A stretch of 64,000 nt of DNA from assembly GCA_026026165.1 (NCBI GenBank), contig JAPEUD010000029.1, forward strand, positions 1-64,000, read 5' to 3'. Of this stretch, positions 36,281-47,379 are shown piece after piece (within the stretch, counting starts at the first letter, position 1; each line of letters begins with the position of its first letter). The DNA is from Sarea resinae. Its lineage: Eukaryota. The translations under genes and the position numbers were made by a program. The notes beneath the pieces were generated by a model. The model ran no database searches. It was given only the letters and a program-made list of their open reading frames with translations, and had not been told where the DNA came from.

Positions 36281-37581
36281 TGAGCCAGCCTAGCCTTGGG
36301 ACACAGCCATGGCCAATCCTCACTATCCCGTCAGAGAACGACCTCTCCTCTTTGTCAGATCTTTGACCGCTGCCGCTCTCCACTGCTTTTCCTTCGCTTT
36401 TCTTTCCTTTTCTTTTCTTTTCTTTTCTTTTCTTTTCTTTTCCTTGCCGTCCTCCCTCCGCCTCTCGGCCCGTTTCCCCTTCTCACTAGTCCATCACGTA
36501 CGCGGCTTACCCAGTCCTCATCATCCCCCTTTCGAGAACTCCTCCTACCTGTATGCCGATCCAGATTACAAGTCTCTCTGAAAGCCCGATGGCTCTAGCC
36601 CCGCGTTTCGGGCATGTGATTTACCGTATTCAGAGAAGACCATTCTAGAGCGGGGTGAAACCCTCGACCTCCCTCGTTTCGTTTACAGATACAAAAGCTC
36701 AGAGGCAGGCACGCTCTCGACATATGATCAAGCAGAACCACAAAAGAAAAAGAAAAATATCAAGATGAGGTAGCACGCATAGCAGAAGAAGAAGAGTGAA
36801 GGTGAAGGTGAAGGTGAAGGTGAAGGTGAAGGTGAAGGTGGTGATGATGATGATGACAATGATGATGATGGCCACCAAAGTCCGCCGTTGAGAAAGCGAA
36901 CTCTTATCTCCCACTCCACCATGACCTGATCTGACATCAGAACGTCAATTGAACTGACCCGACCCCAGTAGCGATCTCAGGACACACTGCAAGATATGAT
37001 TTAGGATTTACTTCCCCGTCTCTACTATATATCACTCACAGCCGCTTGACTAACACCTAATTGCGTCCTGGTTCGGACCTTGCCATCTTTATCAAGTAGT
37101 GCTTTCAAAGCCCCCCTTGGGCTGGTGATTTTTTGCCACTTACGTAGCATAGCCACGAGGAGGAGAGAAGTGGTAGACACATACACTTGTGCCCGCGTAC
37201 CGTGGACGAAGGTGCGAGGTGGTACCGTTGAGCTAGCACTTCGATCTCTAGATGGAGTGAGGAACGGAGGGAGTGAGGGGGGGGGGGAGGGGGGAATAAC
37301 ACAGACGACCGTCTATTTTAACCACAAGAGGTTTCTCTTTCTTCCCTTTCCTTTTTTATGCTCCTCGTCCTACATACATTTTCTTTCTCGGCGTCTCTCA
37401 AACAGAACAGGCAGTCAAAGATCGAGCTTTGATCGGCCTGTTGGGTCCCTCTCTCGGTCTCTCACGCTAGAGTAAACGTTCTTCTTTTTTCTCTCTCTCT
37501 CTGTCACTCTGTCACTGGAGAGCCGACGATAACGCTATCGTGTGACTAGACGGGATTGTCGGGCTGGTGGAGCAAGCAGCC

Positions 37582-38904
37582 ATGTGGGCGTTCAACGAGG
37601 CTGCCGGGGACGCGGGTTACGATGAGCGTCATCAGCGTGACGCTGATAAGCAAGGTACCGGACGTCAGCAGAAGGGGCCTGTGGCTGAGAAGGGGCTTTC
37701 CCACCAGCACCAGCACCAGCACCAGTGGCACCAGGAGGAAGCAGTTGAAGCAAGAGATAGCAAGACTGAGAAGGGTAAGAGCAGCCCTGTAGGAGATGCT
37801 GTGGTCACCGAGCCCGCGCTTCCCTTTTTGGCTCAGCAAGGCGGAGAAGACACGGCGACATTCAGAGCGTGTGAGGACGATGACAACGATAACAAAGAAG
37901 ACGACGAGAACGAGAAACGTGCCGCCCAAATGCAAGCTGAAAACGGCATTACTCTCGAAAGCACCAGAGCTGGGCTGAACGGTATCGCAAGACCAGTCTC
38001 CGACACGGATGCCAACCAGTTGCCAGGCCAAGACCGAGAGAAAACAGGACAATCGACAACGAAGGATATCGGTCAAGAAGGCGTCGAAGCCGCCGCCGCC
38101 GCTGCAGGAGAAAAAGAACAGGAAGACGGAGAAGAAGAGGCGGACAAGACAACCTCCGAACCCACAAAAGAATGGAATGCCGAACAGCGCAAATGGATGG
38201 AGCAAGCCCAGAAAGACCTCGAGGCCGCCACCACGGCCGCCAGAAAATCCACAGCCTACGCCGAGACCCTCGAGGCCAAGCTCACCGACCAGGCCAAGCA
38301 GCACCGGCTCCAAGAAGCCTCGCTCGAGGCCGCCGCGGCCCAAGCCCGCACGGCGTGTGATAAAGCCATCGACGATCTCTTGGCCGCCCTGGACGTCAAT
38401 TCGAAAGTGTGCCTCCAGCTCGGGCTCGCAAAAGCCGCACACGAGACGGCGGTGGCACGCGTGCGAGCGCTCGAATCCGCCTACGCGACCCTGCGGAGCG
38501 AGAACCAGGACCTCGAGCAGCACCTCGCGACCGTCTCGCGCGAGCTGGGCCGTGAGCGGTCGAACGCCCAGGTCTCGGAGGCGGATGCCGACATCGCTGA
38601 GGCAGAGGTCGCGCGCTTGCGCAAGGATCTCGCGTCGGCGCTGACAAGCGTCAAGAAGATGGAGAAGAAGGAAAAGGAAAAGGAAAAGGAAAAGGGAAAG
38701 GGAAAGGAGCGCGCTGGAAAGGGCAATAGCGGCGGCGGCGATCGGGCCCGAGAGGACCAGAGACGCGAGATCGAGGATCTTCGTAGACGGCTTCGACGCG
38801 AAAAGGCGGCGCGTGAGAGTGCTGAGGCAGAGGCCGCCAATGCCGCCACCGCTGCTGAGGGTGCCAAGTCGAGCCGGAAGAACAACAAACGCCGTCGGTC
38901 TTGA
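37582..38904 (+). CDS. Hypothetical coiled-coil protein, no recognised family
   Basis: Long ORF from GCAGCCATG at 37582 with GC3-rich codons, an Ala/Glu/Lys-rich helical C-terminal half and a basic C-terminus (RKNNKRRRS). Confidence 0.6.
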   Translation: MWAFNEAAGDAGYDERHQRDADKQGTGRQQKGPVAEKGLSHQHQHQHQWHQEEAVEARDSKTEKGKSSPVGDAVVTEPALPFLAQQGGEDTATFRACEDDDNDNKEDDENEKRAAQMQAENGITLESTRAGLNGIARPVSDTDANQLPGQDREKTGQSTTKDIGQEGVEAAAAAAGEKEQEDGEEEADKTTSEPTKEWNAEQRKWMEQAQKDLEAATTAARKSTAYAETLEAKLTDQAKQHRLQEASLEAAAAQARTACDKAIDDLLAALDVNSKVCLQLGLAKAAHETAVARVRALESAYATLRSENQDLEQHLATVSRELGRERSNAQVSEADADIAEAEVARLRKDLASALTSVKKMEKKEKEKEKEKGKGKERAGKGNSGGGDRAREDQRREIEDLRRRLRREKAARESAEAEAANAATAAEGAKSSRKNNKRRRS

Positions 38905-39559
38905 ACGATTGATGGGGCCGTGGATACGTGAAGATATCATGTGTTCGTGTGTCTAGGTCGGTAAACTATACGGAGGTAAAGGAGTGCTCGAAGAGGGAGA
39001 GGGATGAGTGTTGAAAGTAAACAAAGACAGACAAAACAAAATAAAGCAATTAGCTCAATAGTATTCTAGCTCAGATCCAGATCCAGATCCACAGCTACAT
39101 GGAGGTAACGGGCAGCGCAAAGCAAACATCGCACGAGCAAAACATATAGGCGATAAATATACGATCTGTTCGACTCAAATCTCTCTCTTTACTGCCGAGC
39201 TGATTGACGACAATGAAGAGCCCTGAACCAGATAGCACATATGCAATGGTACCACCTACCTGTAGTCTATGCCTACCTACTCGCACGTTTAGTGTTTGCA
39301 AAGAACGAAGGAAGCCGAACAAATGGCCAAGTAGTTCGGCCAGAGTCGGATAAAGGGTGGCGACTAGAGAATGCACAAGAATCAATCTTCGTATCGTCTA
39401 GGTTAATCGATAAAAACATCTATTTGCATCCATGATTGCCCAGCATGCTCTCAAAAACCCATCCTCGTCCTCATCCGAGAACCAAAAATCCACGTTCATG
39501 TCATTCTCGTCTATCGTTAATTTCAAAAAGGTTGACCTTTTTCTTGATACATCTCTCCC

Positions 39560-41497
39560 TCACCCCACCGACTTGATCAACAAACTGCTTCCGGTCATCT
39601 CCTCGGGCTGCTCGATGCCCATGGCCGCCAGAACAGTCGGCGCCACGTCTCCAAGCACACCGTCCGTCTTCTTGAGGCTCCAGCCTGCGGGCGCGTTGGC
39701 CATGACGAAGGGGACCTTGTTGGTGGTGTGCGAAGTCTTGGGCTTGCCGACCTCATTGAGCATCTCTTCAGCGTTACTAGATTTGAGAAAAAGATCCGTT
39801 AGCTAAGAAGGTTCTTCAGCGGTAGCAAAGAGTCGGAAGGAAATCTCACCCGTGGTCGGCCGTGATGAAGAGAACATAGCCCTCCTTCTTGCACTTCTCG
39901 AAAATCTGTCCAATAGCCTTGTCCGTGGCCGTGACACCCTCGATGGCGGCCTTGTAGACACCGGTATGGCCGACCATGTCAGGCGGGGCGAAGTTGTTCA
40001 TCAAGAATTCGAACTTGTGCTGGCTGATGCGCTCGCAAAGCTTGTCTGCCACGCCGGCGGCGCTCATCTTTGGCTCCAGATCGTAGGTGGCCACGCGGGG
40101 AGAGGAAATCATCTCCCTCTCTTCACCGGGGAATTGCTTCTCGACACCACCGTTGAAGAAGAAGGTAACGTGAGCGTACTTCTCCGTCTCGGCAACGTGG
40201 CATTGCTTGACCTCTTTCTTGCCGAGCCATTCGGCGAGCACGTTGCCCATGTGCTGCGGGGGAAAGGCGATAGGAAAGTTGTAGTCGGTCTTGTATTGAG
40301 TCATGGTGGTAACGTGGATGTTCTTGGGATACGGGAAATCGGGTCTTGGTGATCGGTCTTGGTCGCCCAAGAGTTGGGTGACTTCGCGGACACGGTCGGA
40401 CCGGTAGTTGAAGAAGAACAGGGTATCGTCGTCTGCAATGCTTTAGCAACACGCAAAAGCTTCTGTATGATGCTGGGCTTACCCTTGACTCTGGCTTCTT
40501 GGCCGCCCACGATGATGGGCTTCAAGAACTCATCGTTCTCTCCCTTCTCATATCGCTCCTTGATCGTTGCGACCGGGTCGGTGCTCTCCTCACCGTCACC
40601 GAGGACCACGCCCTTCATGCCGATCTCGACTCGGTCCCATCTCTTATCGCGGTCCATAATGTAGTAACGACCGACAACGGTTGCGACTTGGCCGAGACCG
40701 AGCTCCTTGGTGAAATCGAGGAGTTCCTGCATGTACTTGGTCGCGGACTTGGGATCGGTGTCACGGCCGTCACCGAAGAAGTGGATATAGACGTGGGGCA
40801 CGCCAACCTCTTTGGCGACTTTCAGGAGAGCGAACAAGTGCTTGATGTGAGAGTGCTGCCGTATGGGTCGGTCATTAGCATAGCAGATGAAAGGGCTTGA
40901 TATTATCGAACTTACGACACCACCATCGGAGACCAGTCCAAGAAGATGCAGGCGGCCATTGCCGTTCTTCGCCCGTTGGAACGAATCTTGAATGTTCTTG
41001 ATCTTGTTGAGCTCCCCCTTCTTGATGGTCAAGTCGATTCGGACAACCTATATCGTCGTTTTAGATTTGCTATCAAGGGCTTTCCACGAGCGACTTACAT
41101 CTTGCCATACAACACGGCCAGCACCAATGTTAAGATGGCCAACCTCACTGTTGCCCATGAGACCCTCAGGGAGACCCACGGCAAGGGACGAGGCTTCGAG
41201 TTCGGTATAGCCTTCGGCGGTCTTGGATCCCGGCGCCTTGAAGGAATCCATCACGGGAGTGTCAGCTGCGGCAATGGCGTCGCCATCCTTGGGAGACGTC
41301 TCGGAGGGGAGACCCCATCCGTCAATGACGACTAAAGCACTGTCAGCATTGAACAGTGGAGGCTATTGAGGCCATGGAGACATTCGAAAACGCCTCATCG
41401 CCCATACCGCTGAAAGGCGAAGACACTGGGTGGAATAGAATGGTACGAGCAGGAATGGAGACATACTCAGGACCGCTTTTTGGTCTACCTTGACCAT
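39560..41497 (-). CDS. gpmI: 2,3-bisphosphoglycerate-independent phosphoglycerate mutase
   Basis: Exons 41497-41467, 41331-41099, 41047-40916, 40855-40483, 40432-39850, 39776-39560. Motifs [52 protein letters not shown] and TADHGN. Confidence 0.96.
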
Positions 41498-42375
41498 TTT
41501 CGTCTGATTCTACCGATATGCTTTCTTGGAGTGTTGATGGTAAGGGCTAGGGAAGATCGAACTGGAGGATCGGGTGTGAGCGGGTGGTTCGGTAGTGGGG
41601 GTGAAGCAGAGCACCCCGCCGGAGGATAGGAAGGCAACGAGACACTTACAATGATGCTGACAGCAACAATCGTGACGATGAGAGATCAATCGTCCTCGAG
41701 GTTTCAATAGAGATCGTAATTGAGGGTTACAGGAGAGAGGAAAAGTTGAATTGGTGGCAGGTGTCAGTCGAGACTGATATATCTACTCCAGAGTCGCTAC
41801 TACTACGATGTGGTGGTGGTGGTGGGGTTGGTTATGTCTCGTCTGTTCGCATCTGGTCGGAGGGGTAACCTCTCATGCAAGTACCCCTCCGCCGTGTGCA
41901 CTATGGCCCGTTGCTGTCTCCGGTACTTGTGGCTTGGGTCAACAATTCGCGCAAACAGCAGAACTAAAACACGAGACGGCCCAGCAGCAGACAGGCAGAT
42001 GGCACCACACCCTGCACACCGATCAGGAACGAGAGATTGATCCATCGTGAAGGTTATCGCTCACTTATGTAAACTCCCGTCACTGCTAGTCAGTACCAGA
42101 GCAAAAAGCAAGGAGACAGACCATCTTACGAGAAGTACTCATGGTAATGATAGTGGTAGACTACCATTCAATGATATCAAATGTCAGCTCACTACCTCTC
42201 TACCTCTCCGAGTACATCCCTTATCGTGCAAGTACGAAGGTACTCCGGAGTCCCACCGAGCTGCCTATGAAGTACTTCCAATCCTCCGCCGCTACTCGAT
42301 TCCGCCCGTCCTCTCCTGTCCCATCATCACGACCACCACCACCGCCCACCACCGCCGTCGTCATCAACATCAACC

Positions 42376-42795
42376 ATGACCACCCCTCAGCCCCCCACCT
42401 CCATTTCCGCTACCACTACCACTACCACCCCTCCTCCCCTGCCACCTCCTCAGACCTTCGACATCCTCCCCCCCGTCCACGCCCTCCTCTCGCGTCTCCT
42501 CAAAGCCAGCTCCTCCGCTCCGCCCCCAACCTACACGGACCCGCAGCAGGCCGGTCTAGAAGCCCAACACCTGCCGACCGAGGCGGCCGCAATCAAGATC
42601 CGCATCCAGAAAGCCCGAGCCGCCATCGAGTCGCTGCCGGACATGGATCGCACCGTGGTCGAGCAGGAGGCCGAGATCCGCGAGCTGGAGGAGAAGGCGA
42701 AGAGGCAGAGGGAGGTGCTGGCCGGCTTGAGGGAAAAGGGAGCTGCTGCCGCTGCGGTGGGCAAGCGGCGGAGCGAGGGAGTCTCGGATGGCTGA
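42376..42795 (+). CDS. MED9: Mediator subunit Med9 (Cse2)-like
   Basis: 139-aa ORF with FDILPPVHALLSRLL and IKIRIQKARAAIESLPDMDRTVVEQEAEIRELEEK, typical of fungal Med9. Confidence 0.8.
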   Translation: MTTPQPPTSISATTTTTTPPPLPPPQTFDILPPVHALLSRLLKASSSAPPPTYTDPQQAGLEAQHLPTEAAAIKIRIQKARAAIESLPDMDRTVVEQEAEIRELEEKAKRQREVLAGLREKGAAAAAVGKRRSEGVSDG

Positions 42796-44546
42796 GCGGA
42801 GAGCGGAGAAAGGGGAACCCACTCTGTTGGCATCGTCGTAGTAGTCGGCCTTCGTACGGCGATGACGGCATTACGAATCACGAGAGGCAAAGCGCGCGGA
42901 GCTTGAAGTGTCAGTTCGCATCCATGTCTCCTAGACGGGTATGAGACGGATTCGGCTATCTATGGCCATCTTCTCCGAATCTCCAATTCCCTTCCCACCA
43001 CTCGCAGCGCGGCATGATGCCACCCGCAGCCATGTGGAAGAGACAGGCCAGGGTAAAGCTGTTGCCGTGATTAGCGAGGACTACGCAATATCTTCTTTCT
43101 GATTACATAGATATGGTGGAATTGGCTAGGGTCAGCTGAACGACTTGAGAAATACAATCGTCTTGAAAGCTAGGTATCTCATGTATTTCAAGCCATATGC
43201 TTTGGAAATGCTCAGATCCATGACTGCGACTGAATGACGAAGCCACCTGTGATAGCCAAAGATTCTAGCTCATGAGATTCGCGAGACGAGTCCGAGCCAC
43301 AAGGACGCGATATATGATGATCCCCAAAAGCTTCACACGTCTGGATCCATAGTCGTCGTTGGCTAGAGATAGGTTCGTATCCGGACACGGCGGCAATAGC
43401 ACATCATTATCATTTGCACGCTCGAGGGTACGAGAGCAGGGAGCTAATTGATCCATTGCCGAAAAGACTGCACCAGAGCCAGACTACACAAGTACCTAGC
43501 TAAGACTGAGCTGCAGAATTATCGAAACTCCCTTACTTTTTTTTCCTATTTTTTTTTTCTGCTCATCTTCTCCGCCTCACCAATCGTTGCCAGCCAAAAG
43601 ATTCGCATTGTCGAAAGTCTCCAACCTCTCTCTCAGTGGTGACTTCTTCGGCGGCAGGTTGCCAGGAAGGAATCGAAGAAGAAAGAGGCCGTCGGCTGGT
43701 GCTCATATCTTCGAACCCCTCAAATCTTGCCCTCCATTATGCTGAGCGGAAAACAACTCTTGCGTGTGCATGTTCGCTCGCCCACAGATGGACTCGACAG
43801 ATGGACTCGAAAGAAAAGCAGACCGAAACGATATCTCTAGCCATTGAGTGGCGATCCACATCCCAACCCCAATGCCCCCATGCTGAATCAAAAGACTGAC
43901 TTCTTCCGCACCACTGGTCACTAGACCAAGTGATTAATCCTCCACACATCCCCGATGCCCCTTCATCAACAAGACCACCCCTTCATATCTCTCCACGACA
44001 GTATTCTCGACGCAGACAGTGGCCTATGAGAGTATCAATGGCAACGCTGACGCGCAAGGGGCCACCATGCAATACTAGTGTTGAAACGCACACTACCACA
44101 TCCGCACCCACTGGCGGTTTGAAAGAAAACAAGGATCCCGCGTGTCAGCTCGCTTGAACGGAGCAAGCCAATTCCCTCTATACCATAAAACGAGGTAATC
44201 GAAGCTCGCACAAGCCTAGCGAAGCTAGCTGTCACAACGAACGCCAAGCGCAGGCACGTCCGCTACAACGAAAGAAAAAGAAAGAAACCATATTGTACAG
44301 ATCAACAAGGGAGATGACCATCATTTCATGACCGACCATGCCGTTATTCAGAGATCGTTCAATACGGAGATGACGCCGAAAAGGAGAACCAAATCCGAAT
44401 CCCGAACTGTGCATGAACTCGAACGATGCCGACGTGCCGCTACCCCTATGAATGGACGAAAGACCGTCCAGAAAAGAATAGAATAAAAAGAACCGCACCT
44501 TCCAACCTACCCACATCAACCCATGGTAAGATTGATCGGAAGGAGG

Positions 44547-46208
44547 CTATTGAGCTCTAGCGGCTTGAACTCCTTGTTGAGGAGCATAACCATTGGCTCG
44601 ATTTGGCTGTCCTTGCCGTGGTCTGCGTTGATACCCTTGTGGAGCTTGACCACGACCTCGACCCTGCCCAAAATTGCGAGCATTATTGGGGTCGCTTTGA
44701 TTTTGAAATGTCTGCTTATTGTTGTTTGGCGGTGCCTGGTACTGGGGCTGAGGGTTCAAGGCCGGGCTGGGAATATTTTCTGGCGAATCGTAGACGTAGA
44801 GTTTCTTGTCGATGGCCTGCGGGATGGGCTGAATTTCGGTGCCAAGTTCCTGCTCGATCTTATAAAGGTTGAAGCGGTCGTCCCAATTGATAAGGTTGAT
44901 AGCGAGACCCAAGTGGCCAAATCTACCGGATCTACCGATACGATGGAGATAAGTTTCGGCATTCTTAGGGAAGTCAAAGTTGATGACCACATTCACGGCC
45001 TGGATGTCGATACCTCGGGTGAGGAGATCAGAGCAGACGAGATTTCGGCAAACCCCTCTTCGGAAGTCGTGGAAAACGCGATTTCGATTTTGCTGAGGCA
45101 TGCGAGCATGAGAATAGAAGCACGAGTATCCCAATTCAGTAATCTTCTTAGCGAGCAGCTCGACTCGATTTGTAGAATTGCAGAAGATGATCGATTGGTT
45201 GATCTGCAGTTTGGAGAACAGGGTGTTGAGGCAGTGGACTTTCTGCTTTTCTTCGACGAATGCGTAATATTGAGTTATGCCACGGAGAGTAAGTTCGTCC
45301 ATAAGGTTGATTTCATACGGCTTGTTCATATGTTTGTCCTTGACTCAAATTAGATCATGAAACTCAATAAGCAGGGCAACGTATAAAGATACCTTGAAGG
45401 TCTTGACAATCAGAGGGAACGTGGCGCTGAATAACATGACCTGGCGATCTTTGGGTAGGAATGATAGGAGCTGCTCAATGACGGGTGTGAACTCCGGGGA
45501 GAGAAGCTTATCAGCCTCATCCATGACGAACGTGGGGCATTCAGAAAGGTCGGCAACTCCTTTGCTTGCTAGGTCGAGGATTCGACCAGGCGTTCCGACG
45601 ATGATGTGTACCGCTTCACTCAGGCGAATGATATCGTCCTTCAGGCCGGTTCCTCCGGTGGTGACCATGACGTTGATTCCCAGATGTTTTCCAAGAGTTT
45701 TGCAGACTTGCGACGTTTGTAGTGCCAACTCTCTCGTTGGGACAAGTATCAATGCCTGTGTCTTGGTGCTCTTCGGGTTGATCCGCTCCAGGGTTGGAAT
45801 GACAAAAGCGGCGGTCTTTCCGGTTCCGTTCTTTGCTCGAGCAAGAACGTCTCGGCCTGTAAGAGCGATTGGAATGGTCTCTTCTTGGATTGGTGACGGC
45901 TTCTCGAAGCCGGCCTCGAAGATGCCCATCATTAGTTCTCGCTTGATATAGAAGTCCTCAAACTCCAAGCCTTTGGTGGCGGTAACATCCTATCGCAGTA
46001 TCAGTCTCTCTTGCTTTTCGCCCGTTCAGTCGAATCTGGGTTACCTCGGTCTGTGGTCGAGCATCTTTTACTGGCACGTTCAGATTCTTCTTCCAGTCGT
46101 CGGGGCCATCCCTATAACAAGTAAGAAGGAATCCACAATTGATGACCATCGACCTTTCGCATACCCAAGTCTGGTAGCATCAAGCTGATCGGCTAGCGAT
46201 GCAGCCAT
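44547..46208 (-). CDS. DHH1: DEAD-box RNA helicase Dhh1 (DDX6)
   Basis: Exons 46208-46165, 46111-46045, 45989-45393, 45338-44547. Motifs [15 protein letters not shown] and [10 protein letters not shown], with a Q/N-rich tail. Confidence 0.97.
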
Positions 46209-47379
46209 TGCTAGCAATTATGTATGTCTGTAGTCACAGTGATGGAAGGTGGTTGGGTGGTCGTAGGCGGCAGAGTGTGCCTACAGATGCGATGGAGATG
46301 ATTGGGGCTGTTGTGCGAGGTGGGTCCAAACCCGTTGCCGAAGCGTATCCGCGATCGCTCTACGTGAGCTTCTGCTTTCGTATTGATGGGTGTCAGAGAG
46401 ACGAGTCTCGAGCAAGCCTGACTGGGCGTTTGGATCAAGCTGGTGACCAAGGCAATGGTAGTTGAAGCTCGAGAGATGGGTCAGCGTGAGGCAAGATACT
46501 GAGTCTTGCACGGATGTAATGCGAGAAAGGATGTAAGAGATTCCTCTGCTAGCATAGGTGGGGGGGTGGCCGAGAGTTCGGAATGTGTTCAGTCCAGAGC
46601 ACACAGCTCAGCGTGACGGTGTGATAAGAGAGAGGTGAGGGGAATGTGAAGCCGAATGGGGGGGGGAATCGGGTCTTCGTGCAAGTAGAAGAGTGCGTGT
46701 GTTTCCCGTGCGGAACGTTCGACTTCACTTTGCTACCTGATGGAGCAGTGAATGTACAATCAGGGACTCTGGATAGATTATTGAGTTGTCGTAGTTTGAG
46801 TTGTTTGGGGGTGACGAGGTCGGTGGTGACTGGTGGAGGGTGAAGTTGGTAGTGTTGGAGTAGGTCAGGTACGAAGTAGTTGAGGCTCGAGTGGACATCT
46901 ATGGATATGGATATTGTTATGCAGGAGCAACCAAGCAAGCAACATTGGGCATTGGGTCGATACTACTGTACTGTGGGTGACCCAAAGTATCACCGCACCG
47001 ACGCGGTGCAGTACGATACCTCGATGTCTTTCATGTCACCTGATTGGCTCTACAAGCGACCGTTCACCTCCCAAGCCCTCTTCGGCTACCTACTACATAC
47101 TCTAGGGTACACACAGCCCTGGGGCGGAGAGATACATCATCACACGGCCGCCGCCAGAGTTCACCTCGTGTAGATAAATCTTGATGCATCTATTAGAAAG
47201 GTCGAAAGGGTATTGCTATGGTACAAAAGATTGATCGTGTGCTGCTTTCATGACTCATGACTTCGTGACAAGGTAGGAAAAGACGAGGCACGCTAATGCG
47301 AGCATCTGTACGAGTGAAAGATCTGAGAGATTCGCCAAGTCGAGGCTTGGTGCGGATATATCGGAAGAGTTGGAGCCAT

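Noticed and set aside
37546..38940. 464-aa antisense ORF
   Set aside because: It mirrors the GC3-rich sense ORF, has no strong start, and its hydrophobic runs are reverse-complement translations of KE and HQ repeats.
43700..43740. GGTTCGA T-loop-like words (also at 16208, 52170, 60290)
   Set aside because: No T-stem pairing or cloverleaf, so these are not tRNAs.
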